Below, one piece after another: positions 49,325 through 57,897 of a stretch of DNA of 64,000 nt (its first letter is position 1; each line of letters begins with the position of its first letter). The position numbers and the translations under genes were made by a program. The notes beneath the pieces were generated by a model. That model worked only from the letters and a program-made list of their open reading frames with translations. It did no database searches and was not told the DNA's origin. Location: the sequence record OZ413489.1; one strand, given 5' to 3'. This stretch comes from a phage.

Positions 49325-49342
49325 AGGCCTCTTTTGAGGCCT
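49325..49342. other. perfect palindrome AGGCCTC-TTTT-GAGGCCT (hairpin without U tract)
   Basis: Lies between two minus-strand genes; no flanking T-run on either strand. Confidence 0.3.
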
Positions 49343-49351
49343 TAAAGTCGA

Positions 49352-49732
49352 TTATGACACTTTGACGTAGCGCTCTGACAGAGCTGGAAAGCCAAAAGCA
49401 GTACCTATACTACCGTATGCTACCCACCATTGAAGTTCATCGTGACACCATTTTCCGATCAGGAAGGTGCTGGGGTAGCGGGTCAGTATTTTGGCATAAG
49501 CTTTAGGGTCTGCATCTTCTGGGATAATGATACTTGGAACATCTTTGTTATGGCCACAGCAGCAGTTTAGAGTTTTCAATCCTGCCGCCCATAGACTCAT
49601 GATAGGCTTAGCCATGCACTTATCAAGGCACACACGTTTTTTGCCGTCACGGAGCTTTTTAGGCACATCAACGATAACATTTTGATGCTTGGCACCTTTC
49701 ACTTTCCAATTATAGGATTTACACTTGCACAT
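49352..49732 (-). CDS. hypothetical Cys-rich protein
   Basis: 126 aa; GGAGA RBS; Cys clusters CKCK, CLDKC, CCCGHNK. Confidence 0.35.
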   Translation of the reverse strand: MCKCKSYNWKVKGAKHQNVIVDVPKKLRDGKKRVCLDKCMAKPIMSLWAAGLKTLNCCCGHNKDVPSIIIPEDADPKAYAKILTRYPSTFLIGKWCHDELQWWVAYGSIGTAFGFPALSERYVKVS

Positions 49733-49762
49733 TTAATCAGTCTCCATCTAGAAAGCAATACT

Positions 49763-49933
49763 TTACTTAAAATCTTTGTCACCTATTACGATTGCACGAA
49801 TCCACTCATTGTGATGTTCAATGGCGGTAAGGTGTAACATAATGCAGTGATTGTCATTACCAAACACGGTGCGGTAAGCTTTAGCAGCACCATGATATAA
49901 CTTCCACATCAGGTAATGATATCTTCGCCTCAT
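49763..49933 (-). CDS. unannotated small ORF (56 aa), translationally coupled
   Basis: Not in the supplied track (under 60 aa); ATG overlaps stop of upstream HAD gene (ATGA); MRRRYHYLMWKLYHGAAKAYRTVFGNDNHCIMLHLTAIEHHNEWIRAIVIGDKDFK. Confidence 0.25.
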   Translation of the reverse strand: MRRRYHYLMWKLYHGAAKAYRTVFGNDNHCIMLHLTAIEHHNEWIRAIVIGDKDFK

Positions 49934-50409
49934 GGCTCTTTCTCCGGTTCAGGATCTGGGTAATCTTCAATAATAAAGGGCCATCCGTTCCGCTTAGCCT
50001 CAGACTTGTACTCAATCTCCTTCATTGCAAACTCTAACTGATTTTTAGCCGGAATACATGCCGGAGAATCATCAACCCAGATATCTGGGTAGATATCAAA
50101 CTGCGCCAGGTAGGCTGCCTTCTGAACACCGCCAGTATAAAACACACCAACATCGAGCTCCTTGCGCCAATACTCAATGTCCACATTGTCTTGAGTAATG
50201 AATCGGAAAGTCACAAGGTATACTGTCCACCCCTCCTTCTTCAGGTCCCTGATCAGGCGGGAGAAGATGAAAGGGCTCGCATTAAACGTTCCATCAAAGT
50301 CAATGGCAATGATGTGCGTGCCGTGGCGAGTCTCATATGGATTGCTTGTGGTAAGATTGCTGTAGTTAAAAGGGACCTCTTCCCCGCAGTAGCTGTAGTC
50401 CATATTCAC
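49930..50409 (-). CDS. HAD-superfamily phosphatase-like protein
   Basis: 159 aa; motif I IAIDFDGT (DxDGT) and acidic motif WVDDS. Confidence 0.45.
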   Translation of the reverse strand: MNMDYSYCGEEVPFNYSNLTTSNPYETRHGTHIIAIDFDGTFNASPFIFSRLIRDLKKEGWTVYLVTFRFITQDNVDIEYWRKELDVGVFYTGGVQKAAYLAQFDIYPDIWVDDSPACIPAKNQLEFAMKEIEYKSEAKRNGWPFIIEDYPDPEPEKEP

Positions 50410-50681
50410 ACCTTCTCGTTGATAAATTTACGGGCGGTTTGGTGAGTTGTTTCTGCTGTCTTCAGAATAATATTAATTTTATCGTCAAGATCATTCATCT
50501 CAGCAGTTAATTCAGGAATCTCTCCGGCATGCATAGTGAAATCATACATAGACATGCCAAGAATCTCATTGATTCGGCGGTTGCATTCTGCAGCACGCTG
50601 GTTCATTTTCCAAGCTAACACCAGAGCCTCTTGCGTAGCCTCCAGTGCAAAGTCTAATACGTCAGCTTCTTCTTTCGTCAT
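50406..50681 (-). CDS. hypothetical helical protein
   Basis: 91 aa; start overlaps downstream gene. Confidence 0.3.
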   Translation of the reverse strand: MTKEEADVLDFALEATQEALVLAWKMNQRAAECNRRINEILGMSMYDFTMHAGEIPELTAEMNDLDDKINIILKTAETTHQTARKFINEKV

Positions 50682-50736
50682 CTCAGTCTCTCTTGTTGTA
50701 TTGTTGGTAGGTGCATGAACACCTTATATCTCACTT

Positions 50737-51303
50737 TTATTCAAACTGCAATAGTAAGTCCACCACCGCGCTAGGTCTGTCAACAAATTCCCCAGGTCCA
50801 CATGCCCACAGAGGGTATCCGTCTACATACCGCCAAATCCAACCTGCGGTGTGGAGTTCGAGCAGGGCAGTGCCGTCCTTACTGTCAACCACTCTTTCCC
50901 ACAGTGTCGGGCAGCGAAGCTTGAGGATCGGATCCCCTCCCTTATACCCATCCATGTAGATACCCATTGCAAAGTTCAGCATCATCTTTTTGTGCACTGA
51001 TCTTTTACTGAGGGTACTCATCACTTCCTCTTTGTGAATGTTTGTAAGCTTCTCCTTGGCTACCCGCAGATCGTTGCAACCATTGTTCAGCAGATCTTCC
51101 AGACACTTGATCCGAAGGTCGTGAATGTCTTTGTCGTGTACCGTTGGCACAGGGTCGTAGCGGTATAGCACTGTTGATACAAGGTTGCTCGGGTGTGGGT
51201 CTGACAGCAACCCATAACCCCAATACTCTTCTGTATCTGAAAGGACAAGACACCCAATGTCTCTGTCAAGCTTTCCTGTGTTGTAAGCCACATTGACCGC
51301 CAT
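50737..51303 (-). CDS. hypothetical protein
   Basis: 188 aa ORF in minus-strand operon. Confidence 0.35.
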   Translation of the reverse strand: MAVNVAYNTGKLDRDIGCLVLSDTEEYWGYGLLSDPHPSNLVSTVLYRYDPVPTVHDKDIHDLRIKCLEDLLNNGCNDLRVAKEKLTNIHKEEVMSTLSKRSVHKKMMLNFAMGIYMDGYKGGDPILKLRCPTLWERVVDSKDGTALLELHTAGWIWRYVDGYPLWACGPGEFVDRPSAVVDLLLQFE

Positions 51304-51305
51304 GA

Positions 51306-51551
51306 CTATAGCTCCACTAGCAAAGTGCTTTCAAAGTGCCGTTCATGCAAACCGTTGTAAGGGACCACTTCTACAACGCCATCACGGACATATGGGGCCA
51401 TCATGGTGGTATAATCTCCAAACGGGTTGGTATTGTCACTAACCACAACCACCTTCTGCCCTTCCTTGGCAGAGTGCCAAATAGATCTGCACTTCATCAG
51501 GTGTTCGAGAGCTCCAGGTAAAATTTTGTTACGTTCTTTACGGGTCTTCAT
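51306..51551 (-). CDS. hypothetical protein
   Basis: 81 aa; overlaps neighbours by a few nt. Confidence 0.3.
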   Translation of the reverse strand: MKTRKERNKILPGALEHLMKCRSIWHSAKEGQKVVVVSDNTNPFGDYTTMMAPYVRDGVVEVVPYNGLHERHFESTLLVEL

Positions 51552-51997
51552 AACAGATATAGCTCCTTATGAAAGTGGTCTTTTAATTTCTCACTGAGAA
51601 ACTTCTTGATACCTTCCTCTAAAGTGTTTTCGATGTAGTCCAGCTTAACTGCTTCGATGGACATATCATAGATTGCCAGCTCTAAGCTGTCAAGTCCCAT
51701 CATAGCATGAACCATAAGATTTTCATCTTCAGATACATTCAGGGGACTTCCTATAACATCTGGAGGCAGAATAGTTTCCCAATTATTCTGGGTGGTAGTT
51801 CTCCCGCCATCTACTTTACGGCGCAGTTCGAATGTGTTCTTAGTGTAGAACACTTCATAAGAAACGATACGACTGTCACTCTCATAATAAACGAAGTTCA
51901 GGTAGGAGCCTAGCCGCAGTCGGCAAACTTCCACCCCAAACCATTGTTTCTTATAAGAATTCAGGCTAATGCTGTCGCATTCACGTTTGCTCAACAC
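51548..51997 (-). CDS. hypothetical protein
   Basis: 149 aa. Confidence 0.35.
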   Translation of the reverse strand: MLSKRECDSISLNSYKKQWFGVEVCRLRLGSYLNFVYYESDSRIVSYEVFYTKNTFELRRKVDGGRTTTQNNWETILPPDVIGSPLNVSEDENLMVHAMMGLDSLELAIYDMSIEAVKLDYIENTLEEGIKKFLSEKLKDHFHKELYLL

Positions 51998-52013
51998 GGC
52001 TATCTCCTTTTTG

Positions 52014-52247
52014 TTAATCTTCGTAAATCAGGATTTCTGCTTTAGGTTTTCGTGCTTTCAGATCCAGCTCTATCCAATGCACCATGGCTGTTTCAAGAAA
52101 AACAGCCTGGATGCATCCGTCCTCAGCGTGCCCTACCAACATAACAAGATCTTCACCTTCGTCATCTGCATCACGAACATACAGAATCTCTCCAGATTCA
52201 AAGTCTTTCACAACCTGATTGCTGGATAATTTACGAATTTTTGCCAT
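52014..52247 (-). CDS. small protein, paralogue family member 3
   Basis: 77 aa; KDFESGEILYV...GEDLVMLVGHAEDGCIQAVFLET aligns with 52249-52512 product. Confidence 0.4.
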   Translation of the reverse strand: MAKIRKLSSNQVVKDFESGEILYVRDADDEGEDLVMLVGHAEDGCIQAVFLETAMVHWIELDLKARKPKAEILIYED

Positions 52248-52248
52248 A

Positions 52249-52512
52249 TCAGAAACCCTCTAAAAAGCTCTTGTAGAAAACAATCTCAGTATCCACACCA
52301 GTCACAATCTTGTCGTTCCTGATTTCATCAGTAAGATAGGTGTCAAAACGCAGAACCTGTGTGGTATTGTCGCACATCCACTCAGCTGTGACCATGGCGA
52401 AAATCTTAGCATCCTCATTATCTGGTGTAAATGTTACCACCTCACCACATTTAAATTTTTCGATAGGTTGCGTGTTAGCTTTCGGTTCTGCAATAGTGAT
52501 TTTCGTGGTCAT
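52249..52512 (-). CDS. small protein, paralogue family member 2
   Basis: 87 aa; EKFKCGEVVTF...AKIFAMVTAEWMCDNTTQVLRFDT. Confidence 0.4.
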   Translation of the reverse strand: MTTKITIAEPKANTQPIEKFKCGEVVTFTPDNEDAKIFAMVTAEWMCDNTTQVLRFDTYLTDEIRNDKIVTGVDTEIVFYKSFLEGF

Positions 52513-52769
52513 TACTCTTCCTCCATAGTTTCACCAAATACTTCGATACGAGCATCGAGCTCTGTTGCTTTCAGCTCCCCAACAAAATCTTTTAGTTCTT
52601 TCTCGTCCAGATCGTAAGCCCACACACAAGAAGAACATGCAGATTTCACAATCAGCAGCGTAGATACACGGCCTGACTCTGTGATCATGCTCACAATGGT
52701 TCCCACAGGGAACGTGTTGATAGCTTTTTTAACTGGGCGTTCAGATTTGATTACTACTTCTGTTGCCAT
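52512..52769 (-). CDS. small protein, paralogue family member 1
   Basis: 85 aa; similar length and N-terminal pattern (MATEVVIKSERP / MTTKITIAEPKA). Confidence 0.4.
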   Translation of the reverse strand: MATEVVIKSERPVKKAINTFPVGTIVSMITESGRVSTLLIVKSACSSCVWAYDLDEKELKDFVGELKATELDARIEVFGETMEEE

Positions 52770-52784
52770 AAATAACGTCCTCTC

Positions 52785-54266
52785 TTACTTAGCGTACTCG
52801 ATTAATTCCACAGTTTTCCCAAAGCTCGGGATATAATTTTTATTATACCCTTCGGTGAGAACCCATAAAGTATCGTACTTTTTCCACTTGTTGTCAACAG
52901 CCTTTTGTTCAAAGTTATGCTCAAAGTATAGGTCGGTCAGGACGATGACATCTTTTGCATTTGGTATGTTGGCATCCAGATACTCGAACACGCAAGCAGC
53001 TGTTGTGCCCCATGTTGAGTGGACCTCATAGTTAATCATCTCATCGATGTTACCGCGAGTGTATACTTTAACCTCTCCAACCTCCGTTGACCAACAGAAC
53101 ATAGTAACCTTAAACTCTTTATACAAATTGCACAACCCGGTGATCTCATTGAACATTTTCTTTAAAGTTCTTTGTGAGATCGACCCAGAAACGTCTAAAG
53201 CCACTACAATATCTATAGTGTTTTCCGGATTACGACCAGGAACAATAACGTGTTGATTCTTGTTTATAGCTCCAACTTTTCGCATTGTGGTGGTCAAAGA
53301 CCCAGATCGGCGACCAGGTTTTCTGTAGGTTAACTCAGCCTTTCTTTTAGATAACATACGTTGCTTAATAATATCTATATAATTGATTACAGGCTTGCCT
53401 CTGTTTTTGACAAACTCGCGCACCGCCTCGGGGCAACGACCTCCTGAAGCTTGCATTGCTGCTTCCAACATGTCACCAGAGTCCTGCATGGCCTGATCTT
53501 TGTCAGATTGACTGATTACTGGTTGCGGCTGATCATACCCCATAGCCTTTCCAAGATCATCACTAGTGCCACCGTTCCCGCTCATGTGATCATCGGTTTG
53601 TCGTTTATCTCCTTGGGAGTTCTCACCTTTACCGTTCTTACTTTTACCGTTATTCTGATCTCTTTGCTTATCAAGAACTGCATAGACGTTCTCAGCAATC
53701 CATCCATGAAACCTCATGTCGCAGTAGCAATTAGCTAAGAAGCCAAAAGGCTTACCTTTTACGAACTCAGTGCTTTTCCCCTTCGGGAAGAAAACACAAG
53801 GAGGCTTACTAAAGTCAACCACAAGACCTGTGTTGATAACGTGATCACAAGCAATATTGAACAGTTCCGGCTCAAAGCTTTTACCACGGACCAGATGATC
53901 ACAGATAATATGCCCCACCTCATGTGACAGAAGAAAGGCCACCTCTTTCACAGATTTTGGGGAATAGAAAACCTCAGCCATCTCAAACTGCTTGTCAGTC
54001 AGAGATGCTTTAAGAATGGTTTTACGCTCATCCGCCAACCCCATAATGAACTCAGGGCTGTAGTAGATGCGTTTATGGTCGGTTGCCATGGTGGAGCACC
54101 ATGTGTGGTTTTCTACGAACTGCAACCCTGACAGTAGTGTGCCATAAAACGGCAGCTTTTCAAGGAGATACATACGTGCAGCCTGCAACATTCTCAGGGC
54201 ATCATCTTTCTGTGAGGCAATGATTTCTGAACTTCTGCTATCCATTAAAACTCCAGAAGGGGCCAT
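52785..54266 (-). CDS. VWA-domain protein with N-terminal HExxH metallopeptidase-like domain (DUF2201-like)
   Basis: 493 aa; LSHEVGHIICDH zinc-binding-like motif; Gly/Asp/Ser-rich linker; C-terminal VWA MIDAS motif IVVALDVSGS. Confidence 0.55.
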   Translation of the reverse strand: MAPSGVLMDSRSSEIIASQKDDALRMLQAARMYLLEKLPFYGTLLSGLQFVENHTWCSTMATDHKRIYYSPEFIMGLADERKTILKASLTDKQFEMAEVFYSPKSVKEVAFLLSHEVGHIICDHLVRGKSFEPELFNIACDHVINTGLVVDFSKPPCVFFPKGKSTEFVKGKPFGFLANCYCDMRFHGWIAENVYAVLDKQRDQNNGKSKNGKGENSQGDKRQTDDHMSGNGGTSDDLGKAMGYDQPQPVISQSDKDQAMQDSGDMLEAAMQASGGRCPEAVREFVKNRGKPVINYIDIIKQRMLSKRKAELTYRKPGRRSGSLTTTMRKVGAINKNQHVIVPGRNPENTIDIVVALDVSGSISQRTLKKMFNEITGLCNLYKEFKVTMFCWSTEVGEVKVYTRGNIDEMINYEVHSTWGTTAACVFEYLDANIPNAKDVIVLTDLYFEHNFEQKAVDNKWKKYDTLWVLTEGYNKNYIPSFGKTVELIEYAK

Positions 54267-54273
54267 TGGCCCC
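54259..54273. promoter_or_regulatory. palindrome GGGGCC-ATT-GGCCCC spanning start codon of 52785-54266 gene
   Basis: Perfect 6-bp inverted repeat; ATG (complement of 54264-54266) and G-rich RBS lie inside the stem. Confidence 0.35.
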
Positions 54274-54278
54274 TGTCA

Positions 54279-55319
54279 TTATTTAACGTGTTTGAAAATA
54301 CCTGCCAACTCGGTCATTGTCATGCGGGTGGTCTTCATAAGATCTGTCATAGCTTTCTCCATAATTGGAGATACTACCATAAAGTTTCCTTTAGTGAAAC
54401 CTTTATTCCAGTCGGTCACCAACAGTGGTTTAAGTCCAGCTCTGAGACGTTCACCAGTTAAAGCACAGCATTTGCGAATATACGAACTCTTAAATTGGCT
54501 GAACGACAGATCAACTTTCATACCTGCATCGTAGAACGTTTGACAATAGAAAGTGTAAGCCTTAGCAATCTCAACATCATCAGGCAGTGCAGGAACCTCT
54601 TCTGCAATCCCCTCTTCGACCTCCTGAGGCTCTTTTTCCTCTTCAGAGTTCTGTTCTTCAACTTCTTCTGTCACAGTCTCGTTCACGATGTCTGAAATGT
54701 GTTTGTTGGCTGCACGATCAGCCATGAAATTTTTAAAGTCCTGCATTGGTGACATATCTTCTTCCTCTTCGTCAAATAGTGCTAGTTTATCTTCTTCTGT
54801 CCCGTATTGCAAGATGAAATCTTCAAAAGTATAATAACCTTTCAATTTCTCCATACGCTCTTCGCTCAGGTGGAGCATCATCTGCTGGACAATTTTTCGA
54901 TCAGTTTTGTCTTTAATCAGGATTGCAGTCTTTTTATCTACCAGACAGTCTTTCAGAGCATTGCACCTCAACCCTACCACACAACAATTGTCAATTGCGT
55001 AAGGACCTTCATCATCTATACGCTCCAAAGATGGGTAGAAAGGATTCCCCAGCCCGTTTTCATCTGTGTGCATGTCAAAAGGTATAAGGGTATAGTCGCA
55101 TACTCCATCTCCTAAAAGTTTTTTACCAAATAGGAGGTATTCTTCCCATGACAGGTCGAACTCTATATCTCGTTTCCGTGCGTTATTCTGTTTGCGTCTA
55201 TATTTTTTGAGCAAGCGCTCTAACTCTTCTGGTGTATAATATTTTTCAAGATTCATGAGTCGTCTCTCGTGCTCTGTAAGTGAAGAAATCGTATCAATTG
55301 TCTCAACAGATGTCAACAT
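54279..55319 (-). CDS. acidic protein with tandem His-Me-finger (HNH-like) zinc-loop modules
   Basis: Track ORF to 55322 (TTG); ATG at 55319 preferred; SLERIDDEGPYAIDNCCVVGLRCNALK resembles the HNH zinc-binding loop, with a degenerate second copy; long Glu/Asp-rich linker. Confidence 0.35.
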   Translation of the reverse strand: MLTSVETIDTISSLTEHERRLMNLEKYYTPEELERLLKKYRRKQNNARKRDIEFDLSWEEYLLFGKKLLGDGVCDYTLIPFDMHTDENGLGNPFYPSLERIDDEGPYAIDNCCVVGLRCNALKDCLVDKKTAILIKDKTDRKIVQQMMLHLSEERMEKLKGYYTFEDFILQYGTEEDKLALFDEEEEDMSPMQDFKNFMADRAANKHISDIVNETVTEEVEEQNSEEEKEPQEVEEGIAEEVPALPDDVEIAKAYTFYCQTFYDAGMKVDLSFSQFKSSYIRKCCALTGERLRAGLKPLLVTDWNKGFTKGNFMVVSPIMEKAMTDLMKTTRMTMTELAGIFKHVK

Positions 55320-55329
55320 CAAAAACGTG

Positions 55330-55358
55330 TTGACTTTACTCTAACTCTACAATATAGT
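55330..55358 (+). promoter_or_regulatory. sigma70-like promoter, TTGACT-17-TATAGT
   Basis: -35 55330-55335, -10 55353-55358; in divergent intergenic region upstream of 55399. Confidence 0.5.
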
Positions 55359-55398
55359 GCACCCATTCGAAAGAAAACTAACATAGGAGCACTTACTT

Positions 55399-56298
55399 AT
55401 GGCAAATCTTAACAGTTTTAGTACGCGGTGGAAACAGGACATAACAACCAATCTTTCAGCTGGGGACATCCTTTCTGCAATTTACGAGGCTTTAGATGAT
55501 AAAGCTACTTCAAAAGCGGTTTGTACCAACCCGCTAATTCCTGTAGTGATGAAGGTTATTGAGCGTAGATTGGTATCTGGGTCTGATAAGTGGACATATT
55601 TAGATAATGAAGGACACACCTATTCCAATGGGTACGTCGATATAAAAGTAGAATACGCGGTATCATACCGCCGGAGCGGTTCTGTAACTTTCAACTTCTC
55701 TGGAGGTTTTCGATCTCTGGCTACCTCACCTTTTGTTTCCTCAGAGGAGAAGTATGAGCTGCCATTTCTTTGGATGATGGCTAACGCGACAGGAAAAACC
55801 CCCGTTAGCATCCGAGTAAAATACAACTACAACGGATCTAGTAAGATCTATGCCGAAAGTGTCTCAGCAAGTTTTTATTTTGTGATGGGGGATGGAATCC
55901 TCAAACATATAAAGATGTGCGATATGCATGATGTTATAAATGAAGTGACTGATAAGAATGTTCTAGTGAAAGACCTCAACAATTTTTATACACCCGGAGA
56001 CTATTACGTCAGCCGTCCACTGTGCATCTTTAATGCCGCACACCCTCTAGGTGAGTATTTGATCGCCAATAGCGATATTGCCAATAACCGCTTCGAGGTA
56101 GCAAGAGTTCAGAATGAGGTATTGACATCTTGCAAGAGCGGTGATAAGTTTACCGAAGAAGAGATGGGTGTTTTAGAAATGATGGGATATAAGTGTAGCC
56201 TTTGGGTAGATGAGGTGTTTAATGATTGCATCTATGGACAGGATATTTACCCATTAAAGAAGTATACTGATACAAGTTTAATTTATGCAAGGGTTTGA
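55399..56298 (+). CDS. hypothetical protein
   Basis: 299 aa; first gene of plus-strand early operon. Confidence 0.4.
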   Translation: MANLNSFSTRWKQDITTNLSAGDILSAIYEALDDKATSKAVCTNPLIPVVMKVIERRLVSGSDKWTYLDNEGHTYSNGYVDIKVEYAVSYRRSGSVTFNFSGGFRSLATSPFVSSEEKYELPFLWMMANATGKTPVSIRVKYNYNGSSKIYAESVSASFYFVMGDGILKHIKMCDMHDVINEVTDKNVLVKDLNNFYTPGDYYVSRPLCIFNAAHPLGEYLIANSDIANNRFEVARVQNEVLTSCKSGDKFTEEEMGVLEMMGYKCSLWVDEVFNDCIYGQDIYPLKKYTDTSLIYARV

Positions 56299-56300
56299 CT

Positions 56301-56573
56301 ATGATGAAGGCATGTGGTAATGTATATTACGTCGGTGAACATGTTCAGGCAGACAGTGTGTGGAAATCTATTAAGTCCACCACTGACGATGCCTTTCTGA
56401 GTGGACTATGTTTCCCCAATCCGGGAGACATCCTCCCTCATCCTGGAGATTTTGTTGTCAACAAGATGGACGGTTATACCGTGTGCCTGATGGTTGAAAA
56501 AATCTTTTTAGACACTAGACACAATCACCGTCTTGTGTTAAAATTTCAAGAATGTAAAATGACAATTGCCTAA
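56301..56573 (+). CDS. hypothetical protein
   Basis: Track ORF 56295 (TTG); ATG 56301 preferred; 90 aa. Confidence 0.3.
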   Translation: MMKACGNVYYVGEHVQADSVWKSIKSTTDDAFLSGLCFPNPGDILPHPGDFVVNKMDGYTVCLMVEKIFLDTRHNHRLVLKFQECKMTIA

Positions 56574-56586
56574 GGAGACCTTACCG

Positions 56587-56943
56587 ATGTCTAAAGTTAC
56601 TTATCGTGCAGCTATTTACTGCAATGAACACCCAATCAACAATGATGGTCACTGCCTTTTTAAAGAAAATCAGTTGGGATGTATTGTCCTCCCTGATGAA
56701 GGGAAAGGTTATCTGATTGCATTGACAGGGTTTGAACCTGAAGCTCTGGAAGCCAATCTGGACTACCTGGTAGAAGAGGGTGCTGCAGACCTGGTTGCCA
56801 ATGGCTTCTCCATAAGCCTTGACGAAGTGGAGCGCTTCATGGGCAATTACCGTGTAGTGCGTGAGTTTACTATCGAGGTGGAAACTCCAGAGTGGGGTAG
56901 CCATGAAACTAATGCCGAAGAAAAAGAAGAGGAGGTAGAATAA
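56587..56943 (+). CDS. hypothetical acidic protein
   Basis: Track ORF 56566 (TTG); ATG 56587 with AAGGAGA RBS preferred; 118 aa. Confidence 0.35.
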   Translation: MSKVTYRAAIYCNEHPINNDGHCLFKENQLGCIVLPDEGKGYLIALTGFEPEALEANLDYLVEEGAADLVANGFSISLDEVERFMGNYRVVREFTIEVETPEWGSHETNAEEKEEEVE

Positions 56944-57200
56944 TGAAAGTGCAGATCTTGACTAATGCCGAGAAGATGTTTATTGAAGATACACCTTTTG
57001 AAGCTGGTGAGCTCCAGTTCATTTATTTTGTTGACTTAGATAAGGTGTTCCCTGCACTGAATCTTGGTCTGGATGAAGTTCCTCATAAGGTTTTGTGCCA
57101 AGTTGTTCGTGCATTAGCGGCAGATGGGGAGTTCCACACCCTTGAAGATGTCCAGACCTACGGGTATCTTGAACTACAACGAGAAGAAGAGGTGGACTGA
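56943..57200 (+). CDS. hypothetical protein
   Basis: 85 aa; TAATG coupling. Confidence 0.3.
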   Translation: MKVQILTNAEKMFIEDTPFEAGELQFIYFVDLDKVFPALNLGLDEVPHKVLCQVVRALAADGEFHTLEDVQTYGYLELQREEEVD

Positions 57201-57202
57201 TA

Positions 57203-57583
57203 ATGGCCCGGTGGAAGACAACAGTTGACCTTCATGATCAGTGGTTAGGACGCATCACTGAAGACGGGAAGCTAGTGGAGTGGGACAATAAGCATGTTAG
57301 CGAGTTGGCAAGTATTGTGGCTGGCAAGTTACGCTCCAAGTTCCCTGAACAACTGGATCCTGATAGTTCAAAGTTCGATCCTGAGTTGGAGGATGTTGTA
57401 TACTACTTCGACACCGTTGATGACTACGACGCGTGGTTTGCAGCACGGGAGCTTTACCCACAAGGCTCTGCTATGCGTCAGATGGAAGAAGATTATCCTC
57501 CGTGTGAGCAATTCAATAGTGCAATGACTTGCCTCTATGATTGGGCAGATAAGAACCTTGTCTGGATTCGGACTGCATTTTAG
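57203..57583 (+). CDS. hypothetical protein
   Basis: 126 aa. Confidence 0.3.
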   Translation: MARWKTTVDLHDQWLGRITEDGKLVEWDNKHVSELASIVAGKLRSKFPEQLDPDSSKFDPELEDVVYYFDTVDDYDAWFAARELYPQGSAMRQMEEDYPPCEQFNSAMTCLYDWADKNLVWIRTAF

Positions 57584-57627
57584 TGGGCAGGAATGGCGGC
57601 AAGGATGCTGCTTAAGGAGTAGTAGAG

Positions 57628-57897
57628 ATGTTATACCAGCAATATGAACTTCGTGCAGAAAAAGAGTTAAATTTTGACAAAGATATTCACAGATATTATT
57701 ATGGGAAAGTTAGAGGGCAAGCAAGAAAGTGTACTCCAACACTCTTTTATGCCAGCAGACGACTAGCGCCAGAAGAGGCAACAGCAGAAAGGGTTGCGTA
57801 CAACTGGAGAGTCACGTATGATATTGACAGATCCGATGTGATATCTGTTTTGGAAAACTTTGAAAACACTTACACACAAGTAGAGGACTTTTACTAA
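57628..57897 (+). CDS. hypothetical protein
   Basis: 89 aa; AAGGAG RBS. Confidence 0.35.
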   Translation: MLYQQYELRAEKELNFDKDIHRYYYGKVRGQARKCTPTLFYASRRLAPEEATAERVAYNWRVTYDIDRSDVISVLENFENTYTQVEDFY

